Assembly: GCA_012295275.1 (NCBI GenBank)
Contig: CM022676.1
Coordinates: 992,001-1,056,000, forward strand
Reading direction: 5' to 3'
Source: Chrysomallon squamiferum
Taxonomy: Eukaryota; Animalia; Mollusca
DNA length: 64,000 nt
A model generated the notes under the pieces. That model was not told the origin of the DNA. It was given only the letters and a program-made list of their open reading frames with translations, and did no database searches. Each line of letters begins with the position of its first letter. Position 1 is the first letter of the stretch. Below are positions 1 to 13,452 of the stretch, in pieces. Made by a program: the position numbers and the translations under genes.

Positions 1-2
1 TA

Positions 3-250
3 ATGTGACAAACTAAAATGGCTTTAAAATTTGTCCACTCACATGGCTTTGCTTTTTTTCATTCTGATTCCACGGTTTTCACCGACGTCCACAGGAATCT
101 TATGGGCTTCAGGGTTGAAATTCAAGTTCTGGTTTTGGGAAGTGACAAGCGGGTGTTTGCACATGGTAGCAGTTCTGTTTCATGAACTTGAAGTTCACGG
201 GAGAGAATATGAAACTGACCTTGCTTTGAAAAGCATGTGGTATGACACCT
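3..250 (+). repeat. Interspersed repeat, copy 1 (second copy at ~55190-55420)
   Basis: tgtgacaaactaa..gctttaaaatttg...tgattcca..tt.ac.gac...caggaat...gtgacaag.gggtgtt is shared by both loci, with clear divergence. Confidence 0.65.
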
Positions 251-519
251 TTCTTCTTCTTTTTTTTGGCTTGTAATCTGTTTTTAACAGTGTATTGTTT
301 GGTATATATATGTTACAGTCAAACTAGTCGTTTGGCCTAATGGCCAAAAGTTCCAGGAATTAGGCCATATGACTGGATTTTGTTTGGTGCTGTTTGACAT
401 TCTGCCTGATAGCAATTCAGGCAATCAGTCAAATGGATTTAATGCTTTGTTTACATCTGTTCAGTGTAGGGATTAGTGGTTCAATTAAAAGCTTTATTAT
501 CATAAGCTTTACACCTTAA

Positions 520-1380
520 TGATATACAATGTCAATAATAAAATTAAAAAAAATGAAAGAATTACAAATCATGACAGTATGATCAAAAAGACCAAAAAAA
601 ATTTGGAGAATAGAAATAGCAGATAAATTATATATAACTAATAAAAACTTTTCTAAATTGAAATGTTTGAAACAAATATTTCCCCAAATTACACAGTGAT
701 TTCTTATTTTCAATTTTATCTTGAAACTCACCACTGATACATACTATACATATTTTTTTTCTGCTACTTCAGTATTCCTATATCTTCCCGTCTTAGCTGC
801 CAGCTGATGTGCAGATATCCTCACTTTTGTTAAGTATAAGTATCTTTTATAAATCATTGGTATAGATTTAAGCAAATAAAATTGAATTGATACACCATCT
901 GTAATGAATTTATATAGACTGTTGCATTTCACAGTGTATTTAGCTGAATTGAAAGATTCTGCCTTACTTGGTCATAACTTCTTTGCTTAATTATGCACAG
1001 ATACTTTTTTTTTATTTTCATTAATCTAGTCCTGCTCTGTCCATATGTATCCCAATCCCCAGTTCATTAAAAGTTTTCCTAATAAAAGTCACCCAACATA
1101 AAATACAATTTTTACAAACATCTCAGTAATATGCTTTTTGAAAACCCCATAAAACAGCACACTAGTTATATATGTATCAAACACTGACAATAGAGAAATG
1201 TTATTTAAAAACGGTATTCTTCAGGTATACGTTGCCTTATTGTTGTATTATTTTTACATCAAAGACCAATGATTTAATACCGACAGTCTATAGTTTACTT
1301 GTTCAGTTTTCAAGGACATGTTTAATACTTAAAAAACACATCTCATTAGTGTTGGGCACTGGCTTCATTGGTCAATGTTG
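520..1380 (-). mobile_element. 3' fragment of a non-LTR retrotransposon nested in the Ginger2-like element
   Basis: Minus strand encodes KVRISAHQLAAKTGRY (744-932) and FIRKLLMNWGLGYIWTEQD (~1030-1090), typical of LINE ORF2 C-termini. Boundaries are approximate. Confidence 0.6.
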
Positions 1381-1427
1381 ATAGGTGGTAATAAAAATAC
1401 AGAAGCTATGATCACACTGTGTCCACC

Positions 1428-2007
1428 ATGGAGGTTCCTGTAGAAGATCACTTTAAGAGAGAACTGTTTAAGAAGTACGAAGCGGTGCAAGAGAGTGTAC
1501 ATTCCAAAGGAAGAGTACTTCTTGATTATGGACCAACTAAACAAGATCGCTATTGACCCCAGGAAGAAAACCCAGCATGAGTACTACCTCATGAAATTAT
1601 TCAGTGTGGAGACCTGCAGAAACTGACAAAGAATTGCCAAACAGATAAAGACATACCTCTGTTCTACGTTTCCATTGAAGACACCTTTGACTTCAAGCGG
1701 CCACACAACAGGTGGACGAGACCAGATGCTGAAAGAATTATCCAAAAAGTATATGAATTGGAAGTATAATAATGGATCCGAGTTTACAGTAGTCAAGCAA
1801 CTGATGGAATTGTGGACCGAATTGGTTATTATGCACGGGAAACCAAGACATCCCCAAAGCCAGGGCTCTGTAGAGCAGGCAAACTCGGACATTAAAGACA
1901 TGTTAGTATCCTGGATGAGCGAGAACGACACAAGGTACTCGAGTGTAGGCATCAAGTTTGTTCAGTTCAGGAAGAACTCGAGGTACAATGCTGGCATCAA
2001 GTTTTAA
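1428..2007 (+). pseudogene. Disrupted, internally deleted integrase of the Ginger2-like element
   Basis: ORF 1675-2007 plus upstream frameshifted segment (KKTQHEYYLMKLF). HGKPRHPQSQGSVE is characteristic of KRBA2/SCAND3-like integrases. Confidence 0.8.
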
Positions 2008-2229
2008 CTGTTGTAATAAACAGAACACTTCTTGATGTGTTTCGAAATAAGTTTTCATGCAACTGCAAGCCACTCTTTTTCGGTCTAGAGGTCTATTTCA
2101 GTCGTTTGGCCTAAATCCTGGAAATGACAGCCATTAGGTCAAATTCCTGACAGTCTTAGGCGTTAGGCTAAATGCCTAAACATTTCTGGCATTAGGTGAA
2201 ATGAATAGTTTACTTATTGAGTGTAACAT

Positions 2230-2279
2230 ACGTACATACATACATACATACATACATACATACATACATACATACATAC
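2230..2279. repeat. (TACA)n microsatellite
   Basis: Direct read. Confidence 0.95.
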
Positions 2280-2288
2280 GTATTTATA

Positions 2289-2937
2289 CAGTGACTTACG
2301 AGTGTACCAACTTAGGATTCTTCCGATTTACAAGCATTTTTGCGCAACAATCAACACGACATCCACTCAGCATCCTGCGTCTCACTTGGTTACCTTGTCG
2401 TGGAAGTATCTCTGTTGTGGTTTGCAGTTTTTGCCAAATGTCTTTTTTGAAACCTAAGAAAGGACAGTATTGAGAAGAAGAAGCGGGTGATGTCCATAAT
2501 TAAAGCATGAAATTGTAGAAAAATACGACCGAGGTGTGCGTGTAGTCAACATGGCTAGGCAGTACGAACATAGCATTTCTACGATATGTATCATACTGAA
2601 GCAGAAGGAATCGATAAAGGCTATAATACCGGCTAAAGGCGTTAAAATAATTTGGATGATCTCAAAGATGAATACACTTTACGAAATCAAATTTATTTCT
2701 TTGCATTCTCTTTCCATTTTTATTTTTATTATTATTTTTTTTTTAGCAATATTTGTCGTTTATAAATACATTTTTCTTATTTAAAAACGTTACAAAAAAC
2801 TGGGATGGGTTTTGGGGGGCTGGAACGGATTAATTGTATTTTAATTTCAGTTGGGAACATTTATTTGAAATACTAGTAAATTGAGTTAAAAGCTCGGTCA
2901 CGGAACGAATTAAACACGTAAGTGAAGGTACCATTAT
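2289..2937 (+). mobile_element. Internally deleted Tigger/pogo (TcMar) DNA transposon
   Basis: Encodes a CENP-B-type HTH fragment (KHEIVEKYDRGVRVVNMARQYEHSISTICIILKQKESIKAIIPAKGVKII). 3' end ggaacggattaatt...ctcggtcacggaacgaattaaacacgtaagtgaaggtacca is typical of Tigger elements. Confidence 0.8.
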
Positions 2938-4915
2938 AAATTTACATTAAAGTAATAACTTGTTTCTCCCGTGAACGATTCCGTCTTTAATTATTTAAAC
3001 TCCGGTTTCCTAAATTAAAGGCGCATGTGTGATAAGTCGCATCATTTTTTATTTGAAACAAAAAACATAAAACAGTTTTCTTAGCTAATTTGTACTTCGA
3101 TTTGACTGCAGACAAACGTTATCTATCATGTAACGATTGTTGTTATTTCTTCTGATGGAGCTAATCAATATTTCATGCAAAAATAAACCAAGTGTTAAAA
3201 GTCAATTACTGATATTAAAAAAGATAAGTTTATTTTTAATTCAGAATTAACAGTTAAAAGTGTAGTTTATTAAAGATATGTTTTAACCAAGCATAGTATG
3301 CAATGCGCATTCTGTATACTACATAAAACTAATATGCTTACATTCAAGCTTACTTGGTAAAAGACTATTAGTTGATGAGACAGGTCGAATTTGGGTACCA
3401 AATGATGAACTGATCCAATACGGATATCTGGAAAACAGCTACAATTTCAACCAAATATACCCAGAAACATTCAGTTTGATTATGTTTTCTTCTGTATAAA
3501 ATTCTGCACATCCTGGTTTATAGTTATTTATAATGCACTTGCTAAAATCAATAATATTGCTGAAAAGACAGGATTATTCGAGTTTGTTTTTCGTGATACA
3601 ACTAAAAACGTTTTCTGTCGTTTTATATTCAGGCCAATTTTCTTTCTGAATCAGAAGTTTATGATGCAGTCATGAAATTGGTTAAATGAAGTTCATCAGA
3701 TATCTTTTAGCTTGTTTAGATTGTTTTTATATAAGAATTTATCACTGAAACGTTTGACATTGTTTTCCCTGGCGGTAACAAAAAATTGCTATTAGGCACA
3801 ATATAAAGAGTTCAGTTTTACAAATGACCTGTGTGCATTCAGAATCTGTTATTATTATGCAACCATTTAGAAATTTCATGTCTGTACTGGTTTTATGGAC
3901 ATTAAGCAGGAAAAATCTGGAAATTCCAAATTAACCACTGATAGTTTTCAAACAAAAATTTTATGCGTAATACACTTAGATATAATATAAATAATACTTC
4001 TTTCTTTTTTTCTCTTTTTTCCTAATGTAATAAATATATTAACTTTCTGATATTATATATATACTCTCTTACAGCATACGTATAAATATCAGGAATATTT
4101 ATCTTTTGTCTATATCGGAAAATGTTTTTAGATTTAAGAAGAGGGACATGTAATCAGAATGTTATAGATATTATTACACTGTCATAGGGCAAAATTTAGT
4201 ATAAACAATAAACAGAATAAAACACTCATTGCACGACAAACCTACTTGGATAAATAAAATTTGGTTAAAAATTATCAGTGTGACAATTAACAGAAAGACA
4301 TTTTATAAACCGATCTACCAACATAATAAGCAATTTAATTGTAATAAAAATGCCAGCAGCTTCATAAACTATTATGGCAAAAAGAAATAATAGCAGTTAA
4401 ACATATAACAGAGAAAAATCCGATTTGCTATAGCTTTAACATGACAGTTCACAATGAAAAATAATTCAAGTTGTCATTCTTCTTCTCTAGGTCAATTAAT
4501 ACCTTCATCCCTAGCTACATTCTCCCGAATTAGCTCGAAAGCTGAATTAGAAAACAAATAAAAGAGAATACGAAACTTTCACTGGTATAATGCCAATATT
4601 TAGAAAATCTGTATTCAAAAGTTGTTGCATTATAAATTTTAACATATAAATGATGTAATCATTAGTTTTAATATGAATACAATTTAGTGCATTTTTACAG
4701 TAATCATAAACAGTTGCCCACGTATTCTGGAGAAATAGCACAGCAAAACGCTGTGCCCTGTACATGGGAATACAAAAACTGAATTTTAAATATATCACAT
4801 TCACACAATTTACATACATTTTCCTTCACTCACTACGAATAGTGGCAAGATATGACTAGATACAAATAAAACTTTCTGGGGCAGAACTATATTTATGTCA
4901 ATAAATTACTTCCGT

Positions 4916-4949
<34 letters not shown>

Positions 4950-5880
4950 GTATTTAGTAATTAATTGCTGGTTATAAAAGATCGTAAAAGACGATTTTAA
5001 AATCAGTTTTCATTTACAAATTTAATATATTGTTTCTGTTTAAGAACTGTAAACACTTTAGGTCTCATCAAGGATGGCAAAAAGTATCATATACTCATTC
5101 CACAAAGATTGGAAAAATCGCCGAAAGTGTCTGAGATTTAAAATAACATTCCTCTGTTTATTAGGTATTTTGAAACTAGAACAAACGTTCTTCAAGAACA
5201 CAATTTACGAGTTCTTCCAATACATCAGACATTTTTACTTATTCTCAGACGACACTGACGTGAAAAGCTGTTAATTAGCTGATCTTTACGTCATGCTTCA
5301 GGTCAATTCAAATATTTTTAAGATTTCCGAGTTGGTGATTTACGATAGGGGTCTTGGGTGTCGACTAGATAGGACTTTTTATGGTTGCAGAGATCTAAAG
5401 GAACTTAAACAATATACAAATCAAATAACATAATAACAATAATAATATTAATAACTCGGAAATATTCAGTTATTAATTATGACGGCTATAAGTTGGATGT
5501 TTGGATCAGTCTAGAAATTATGTAGGCAGGACATAAAATAAATCCGTTTCAAACTTTTTACATTTTGTTTTATCTCGCTCTCTTGCCGAAAAATGTTTAT
5601 AGCAAAATAGGAAATTATATTTGAACTATATGTTATTTATTTTCATTGAAAAAAAAAAAAAAATATAATAATAATAATAATAATAATGATAAACTTGAAG
5701 AAATCTGTCAACCAACGCAGAATACTGAGCTGGTCTAACCTTTCAGACAAGGTGTTCAGGATACCTAATATATTACGTAATTGTTTCTTGCTTAAAACGT
5801 CAGCAGTTTTTATATTTTTCTGAAAAGGATCTAAAGCAAGTGCTATATGATAAGTATAATTAATATATTTATTTGCAACA

Positions 5881-6080
5881 ATGACCTACTGGAATAACAT
5901 TTCAATACTAACATTCATTGTTCTGTGGTCAACGGGTATGTTTGATTCCGGAATTGTATAAGAAAATAAATAAATATAGTCATTACATCAATAAATAAAT
6001 AAATAAATAAAAATAAAAATAAAAATACTGCTTAAAATAAAACATAAAGAAGAAAAATATTTAAAAATTAAAATATTAGA

Positions 6081-6122
<42 letters not shown>

Positions 6123-7392
6123 TTAAAATTTAAAGTTACAAAAAGGGCAGAAAAGAAATTTGGTAGCAATATTTTTAGAAGCCTGTATGCGCATATGTTA
6201 TGATATGGATTTTGTAAGATTTCATGCATTTTCTGTCTTTATTTCAGTATTTATTTATTTATTTATTAAGACCTTTTTTGCCAATAACATGGATACACAG
6301 TCAAAACTACAGCTGTCTCTCAGGGGATGGAAATCTTTATAACTGAGCGTGCGAAAATGCGCCAGATCTTTGATCCAAAATTATATAAAATTATGGAAGG
6401 GAAAAGAAACTGATTAAACTAGTTTATCTAATGCATATTCATACTGCTTCAAACGAAACTGACCGTAAAAGATTGTCGGGTACAGGTTTAACGAGTTCTG
6501 GAAAAGACATTATTTTCTCCTGTTAAGTTCCAAGATCAAAATACTGCCATATTGTAGGACGTTTATTTTTTTTATTTAGTTCTTTTTAAGTCATTATATT
6601 TAATCAAATATTTTAACACGTTTACTTATTTATTTTTAAGTTTATTTAATAGAAAAAGGAACGAAACTAACAGTAAGTCCACAAACTATCATTGCTGGTG
6701 CAACGAGACGAGTAGTAGTGAGATGTGTTCCTGGTAACTTTGTTAGTAACGTCAGATCGATAGATACTCTCACGATTAAAAGATCCGTTAAAATATCTCA
6801 TTATCCAGTTAGAGTTGCTCGTATTACACGGACTTCACGGAAAGCAGAACTGAAAGACCCGCTATTGAGCACAAGAGTCAATGTGTCTGGAATGATAAAC
6901 GAAAAAGTTAAAGCAAAATCGTTTATTGAAATAGAATTCTCTTTGTATTACTGTCACGACTCAAAAAACTATTTCTGTGAAGTGGGTTACGTCGCCGTCG
7001 ATGGTACGCCTGGAATGTCAAAACACAGCCTCAATATTACTATAGAAAGTAAGCGTTAAAATTTAATCTGCTATTAATATTCCTTCTATCGTCATCATTA
7101 TCATTACCATCATCATTTTTATTATTAAAGTAAAGAAATTAAAATTATGAAATGTTTATTTATTTAATTAGTATTAGTAACTTTTAAAAATTATTATTAA
7201 TATTATTAATTTTATTTAATAATGATTTTTCACAATAAAGTGTAGAAATACAGTTACACGACATACGTTATATTTGTATATACACTTTCAGTTCATGGAA
7301 ATACCTGTATCACTTTTTTATATATTTATTTAACCCTGTAAGTTATTATACAACTCAGAAACTGGTATTTTATATGTTCCCCAAGTGCGCGT

Positions 7393-7444
<52 letters not shown>

Positions 7445-10400
7445 ATATATATATGTATATGTTATTGATAATTGTAGACTGCGGGAGACGAAGAGGAAAA
7501 GAAAGTTAGTTAAATTGTTTTGGTTTAATTATAAATATTTAGATGTTTTGACGTAATCTTAATGTACTGCAGCTTTAAAACGATTATACTCGTATTTAAA
7601 AATTTAATATTTGTTTTAGTCGTTTTTCTATAATTTCTCTTATATGATTATTTCATTTTATTATTTTATAATGGTGCTTACCTCTTTCTACATCAGTACA
7701 AGATATTCATTTTATAATATCTAAAACTGGTCAAATTATAAAACATCATTCTATACAATAAGCAGTCTTGCAGGTTGGTTTCTCATTATTAAGAACTTTC
7801 AAAAATTGGATTCGTGCTAGCTTCACTTATATATGTGTGTGTGTAAATGTGTATATTGTTTATAATTCAACTACTGTAAATTGATAAATGTAAACTAATA
7901 TAATATTTTGAAACATATTTTCTCTGTATTTCTTGGCCTCAGGGAAATGAATAACTGACTATATTAATAGGAATGTATTATATGAGTCTATCTGTCTATC
8001 AATATATTTGTCACTTAGACTTTGTCTGTCTTCTTGTCGTTACTAAACCACTGTTATTAAAAGAAAATATATTTGTTTGCAGTTAAAGGAATTAGTTTAA
8101 CCATTTTTCCACAAACTGTCATAGCAGGTAAGACAAGTGTTTTAATGAGATGTGTTCCTGGTAACTTAATCAAACAGGTGCAACGACTCACTGCCCTGTT
8201 TATCAAAAGATATGTGGCTGTCTCCCATGAGCCAGTTGAAATAGTAGGTATTTCAATATATTCAAGGGAAATTATACTGAGAGATAAAACTTTTAGGTCA
8301 AGAATAATTATGACAGGAAAATTAGAGAACGAAAGGTCTTTCATTCAGATTGAAATCTCTGAGGTTTACTGTCACGAGTCAAAAAGCTACTTCTGTGAAG
8401 TGGGTTATGTGGCCGTTGATGGAACACCTGGAACGTCAAAAGACAGCCTCAGTATTACTATAGAAAGTAAGTACTGAATAAACATTCTATTAGTAGTAGT
8501 AGTAGAAAAAAAAATATTTGTTTTTTTTTTTTTTTAAATACCAGCATTTAAAGACAATTTATTTACTGTTTGTCGTTTATTTATCTTTTCTCTATTTCAT
8601 GAGATTAAACAATAAAATTTACTGTAGTTAGAATATGCAAATGAAATATATCTACTGAAGCACGGTATCCCATTATCCGGGTTTTACGTTAAAACGAAGA
8701 CGAGATTAGAGAGGTTTAGCACAGATTTAATCCGTTCACGTATCTGATTACTTACGGAGCACAAGGCTCATATTGAAACAGGAAGGGAAGTAACTATGGA
8801 TCTCTATCTAGAACTCATAAAAATCATTATTTGGATATATAAATTATCCACATTTGGTTTGAACATGTATAAGCTATTGAATGTTTATGTTGCCAAATCA
8901 ATCACAGGTTTTCCACAGATTACGAAAAAAACATAGGCAAATTTTATTGAGATAAAAATTCTTAATGTTTCTCATATCAAAGCTATCAAAGATGTCTTGA
9001 AGTCATTTTAATCTGTTCTTGTTGCTGTTTCTGATGATATATAATTTTATAGGAAAATTATATTTTTGAGAATTTTGTCACATACAATTATTTATTTGCT
9101 TCGCTACACAAAGGACTATGAAATGACCAGTATTTTTAAATGTTTTTCTATTTCTCAGAAAGAAGCAAAACAACACCTTAAGGCAGTATAAGGGCCAACA
9201 ACGTTAATTTACTACTTTTTAAGCATTAGTTTCAATTTAGCACCCGAAATCGTAATCTATACATAAACACACACGTAATCTCGTTCAGCCAGCGACCAAG
9301 CGGCAAGCAAGTCCAACTACGGCTTTTTTGGAGAGAAGGGTTTCCGTCTTTGACATGTGAAAACCAAGCAATAAAATGTAACTTAAAAAGCACTAATCTC
9401 TGCAAAGATAATTAAAGAAAATCATAAAAACAAGGTTCACAGTTTATAATGTTTATAAACTGTAATACGAATGGGCCTGTCTTGTATCGAGGAAATCTCG
9501 CGAGAAAAGACGATATGGGTTCGGTACGTGAAAGTTACGTCTGTGCTAAACCTCTTTGATATTATCTTACCTAATTAAAACGTAATATATTATGTTATTA
9601 CTCAATATGGCTGTACACATGATGTTACCTAGTGAAATCAGATTTAATGGGAGGGCTCGGAGGCAAATCACATATGATATACACGGGGTTTGATGGTCGT
9701 AAATTTGGCCAAAATTTTGAGGCACCAAGGCAAGTAATATGCAGATTCAGCTTCATCATCGTATTCGTTTTTTGCCATGTGAACCTTGAAAGCTAAGGAG
9801 AAACAACAGCGTCGTTTACCGTTTCAAACTTATCGTAACGCCGACAATGGTAAGCTTTTTCTCAAATTTGTCTCTTAATATGCCGAATTTTATACAAATA
9901 TATGAGGTTGCAAACGACACATCCATAGCAGTCACAATTGCTGCTGAAGTCCGAGAAGTTCGATATTTCTTACAATTTTGTAGGAAAATGGATATTTTTG
10001 AAACTTTTGTTACATACTGTTATAGTGCTATTTCAGTTTCATGAGAAATAACAATGAAGCAGCTTAAGTTCAGCTTTCATACATGTCATGAAAGATGTCG
10101 CCTTAATAACAGTCAGACATTAAGGACCATGCTGCTGATATGAAGCTCAACCTGAATGGGTCATGTGTTCTGCTTATAAAATAATCTGTCAACTTTTCTT
10201 ATCAACTGATTTTATTTTTAGTGTGGTTGACAAAAATCGTGTGACGTGTGTGAAGAAGGTTGTTACTAAATGTAGAACTCCTGAACATCCTACAGTCATT
10301 TTATGCCTGGCATTTGTCAAATTCGGCACATAAAAAAAATAGCTGGCAAACACTTTATACGGAACTGTTTAAAAGTTATTTTATTATTATTATATATTTT

Positions 10401-13400
10401 TTTTAATCTCTTCATACACACCTATAGCTTACACATAAACAAGCTCATTAACACAGCTTTATTATGAATTTCAGATTGTGAGGGCCATAGAAATAAAATA
10501 AGTTAGTATTTAATTTTTATTTATTTTAATTACTAGTAAGTTATTAAACTAAGTAAACTTAATTATTATCTTTACTATGACTTTTTAATCATCAAAAATT
10601 GTTCATTAAATATTTTATTCAATCTTTTTCTGGGTTTCTGTTACATTCTGTTTTATTTGTCACTTTTCATCCTTACAATGCCTGGCCTCTAAAAATTTCT
10701 ATTTAATGTTTCACAATACTTGACTAACTTAGAACATGGCACTATATGTGTCTTTCATCTTCATCATTTTCATGCTAAGATGTATAGGGCTATATATTAA
10801 AATATATATAATTTGTTTTTCATTTGTTTAAAAAATTATGATTATAACTGTTTCTGGGAGTGGCCCCAAGTTACAGTTTTCATGGTATGGTGTAGAATAT
10901 TTAATTTTTTTTTTTAAATCCATTGTTTTTGGTTGGAAATGTGTTTAACAGAGTATGTTTGTTTCTTGCTATGTAGCACAAAATTGCTCAACAAACAGAA
11001 TGACTGTTTTCAGTATGTGGTAGAAATTTGTTTTTAAATAAAATGACTCTTTCCATGATAGCAGTATTGATTTTATGTTATCCTTTTATTGTACAGAAAT
11101 TGTTTTACAACTGTTTCATGCAATGGTGCTGAAATTAAAAAAGAGAAAAGATTAGAATTCTCTTCATGTGTGGTGTAAAATGTTTTATACATGAATCATT
11201 TATTTTTACTGTGAATTCTAAAAAGTTGTAAACAATTAAGCCATTAATATTATCCTGATTCATATATATTCACATATATTCCCATATGTTCAGTTACCAC
11301 AATTTCTTATTTGAAAAGTTATTACTGGGGTATAAATACTGAATAGCACTGGGCTGCCTTGTGAAGTGTTTTTTTTCTGATTTTATTTAGTAATCATTAG
11401 AGTAGTTTCCTTCAGTCGTGTAGGCCAGGAGCTTGTCATACTCTAATGACATTCAGCTGGTAATGATCATCAATATCAGGGGATTCAAATTTATAACAAA
11501 ATTTCAAAGAAATTGAAGATTACCATATGAATAGGGTATACGAAATTGAGTAATTTGTAGCAAATACCTCAAACAATAACCTGTGTATTGAGTAAGCCTT
11601 TTCTACCACCTTAACTTTGCTAACAGATACTCTTTACAACTGTACCAAGACATGGTTATCCAAGTATTTGAGAATTTGAGAATACTTAACTGAATTATAA
11701 GTTAAACCTCATCATCATAATCACTGGCGTATATGAAAATGAAGTCTTGTCAATGGACATACCTTGACACTTCAGGTTCAAACATGTGATTCTGTTCCTG
11801 ACATTTTCATAAAAACTTCATAAGCTGTGTTATTGTATCAGTTTAAACAGCTGCACACTGTATACAGTAATTATCACAAACCGAATACAGAACTATATCT
11901 GAAAATAATCACTCCAGTACAAGGTAGAAATATCTTCAACAGTGTTCTGCTCTTCATTTTATGGTGTAGAAATTTGTTTGAAACAGAACATGACTCTTTT
12001 CATTGGTATGGTGCAGACATTTGTCTAAAAATGTATATGACTGTTTATGGGTATACTGTATAATTTTTCTTATTTGTGAGAATATGGTATAAATTTGTTT
12101 AAAAAAGAATATCACTGTTTAAAACATAAACAGTATGAGTTACAAATTTGTTTAACAGTATATGACTGTTTCCAGGTCTAGGGTAGAAATTTCTTATAAA
12201 AAGTATATGGTTCTTTTGAAGTTGTATTAAAATGTATATGACTGTTTTGTAGTAGTATTAATGTTTCTGTGGTAGAAATCTGATTAACAGTTATGACTCT
12301 CTTTGTGATATTTCAAGGAGAGTATTACTGTTGTCATAGGTAAGGTATATTTGATTTGTTTCAAAAAGTTGCAGATGTTTCCATGTATGGAATAGAAATT
12401 GGTTTATAAAGAAGTCTGTCTGTTTCTGGCATGGGCAGGAATTATCTTAACAATTTTAATGGTGTGGTTCACAAAAAAGTGATGATGAAAAATTTGGTTG
12501 TAATCATGCTGATATTAGTTCAGTTATGAAACAAAGTCTGACTGTTTTCAAGATATGCTGTAGAAATGTGTTTCAAAAAAAGTATGATAGTTTCCTGCTA
12601 TGCTGCAGATATTTGTTTTTAAAAAGATGACATTTGCTGAGAAAACAGGACATATGTTTCCAGATACAGTGCAGAAATTATTATTTTTTTTTTTTTAAAG
12701 AGAGGTATATAACTATTTTTGGGATTGTGACAGAAATTTGTTTATGGTTTGATGCAGAAAACTGTTTGAAGACAAATATTACTATTTTCATGATAGGCTG
12801 CAGAAATTTGTTTAAGAAAAAGTATGAATGTTATTTTGGTATAATGCAGAAATTATTTAGAAAAGAGTATGACAGTTGTCACAATATGACAGTATTGTGT
12901 AGAAATTCCTTTTTAAAAAATATGACTGTTTGGATGGAAATGACTTTCTGGGAAGGTGTTAGTAATTTATTTGAAGAGAATGTGACTTTTTTCATGGTAT
13001 TGGGCAGAAATATGTTTTAAAAAGAATACAGCTGTCTTAATGGTATTGTGTAGAAGTTTGTTTAAAAAAGACTTTTACTGTTTGTGGCTATGGGATGGAA
13101 ATTCAACAGTTCCACTCTTTTCAGAATTTGGTGCAGCTGACATAACTGTTTTTGTTGGGTCAGCAGTTGTTGTTGTAGGTATGATACTCACTGGTTGGTA
13201 CTACTGGAATAGGCATCGTCATGGTATGTAGCCTTTCATATTATTTTATACTAAATAAATGTTTCAGTGCTTTTCTTTATGAAATAATTGAATTTGTACA
13301 AATATTAATTACTCTAAAAATAATCTATGTAACATTTATATACATGTGTGAGTGTTTTTTTTTGTGTGTGTTTGTTGTGTGTATAAGGAGTGACTGGTTA

Positions 13401-13452
13401 CTATTTTATGTCAGATTTGTTCTGCAAATGTGAGAATGCTGAATTCCAGTGA
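5881..13452 (+). CDS. Gene A: type-I membrane protein, signal peptide + 2 divergent Ig-like domains + TM + ~17-aa tail
   Basis: Phase-1 GT-AG exons: 5881-5935 (MTYWNNISILTFIVLWST), 6641-7048 (Ig1; alternative acceptor 6653), 8083-8466 (Ig2), optional 27-nt microexon 10475-10501, 13125-13223 (TM ITVFVGSAVVVVGMILTGWYYW), 13415-13452 (DLFCKCENAEFQ*). Both Ig exons carry RCVPG...YCH(D/E)SK.YFCEV. Confidence 0.8.
6641..7048 (+). CDS. Gene A exon, Ig-like domain 1
   Basis: Acceptor tttttaag, donor A|gtaagc; B-strand Cys (VRCVP) and F-strand YFCEV. Confidence 0.85.
8083..8466 (+). CDS. Gene A exon, Ig-like domain 2 (duplicate of domain 1)
   Basis: Acceptor ttgtttgcag, donor A|gtaagt; clear paralogy with 6641-7048. 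Confidence 0.85.
8708..9557. mobile_element. ~850-bp non-autonomous TIR element (MITE-like) in gene A intron
   Basis: Perfect 16-bp inverted repeat AGAGGTTTAGCACAGA (8710-8725) / TCTGTGCTAAACCTCT (9540-9555), with inner ttcacgta/tacgtgaa match. No ORF; TSD not clear. Confidence 0.7.
10850..13095 (+). repeat. Degenerate ~45-bp minisatellite in gene A intron (blocks ~10850-11200 and ~11920-13095)
   Basis: Recurring unit close to tgtagaaatttgtttaaaaaagaatatgactgttttcatggtatgg. It accounts for the ORFs at 11827, 12634 and the 5' part of 13040. Confidence 0.8.

Larger units (their letters stand above)
311..2228 (+). mobile_element. Decayed Ginger2/TDD-like (KRBA2/SCAND3-type integrase) DNA transposon
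   Basis: Begins TGTTACA (311) and ends TGTAACA (2228), with degenerate subterminal inverted repeats (gtcgtttggcctaatgg/ccaggaattaggcc at left; ggcctaaatcctgg/ccattaggtcaaa at right). Broken ORF ~1428-2007 encodes NNGSEF...HGKPRHPQSQGSVEQANSDIKDML, an rve-type integrase motif. Confidence 0.8.

Noticed and set aside
12634-13020. 128-aa Cys/Phe-rich ORF
   Set aside because: Translation of the degenerate minisatellite; no splice-compatible context
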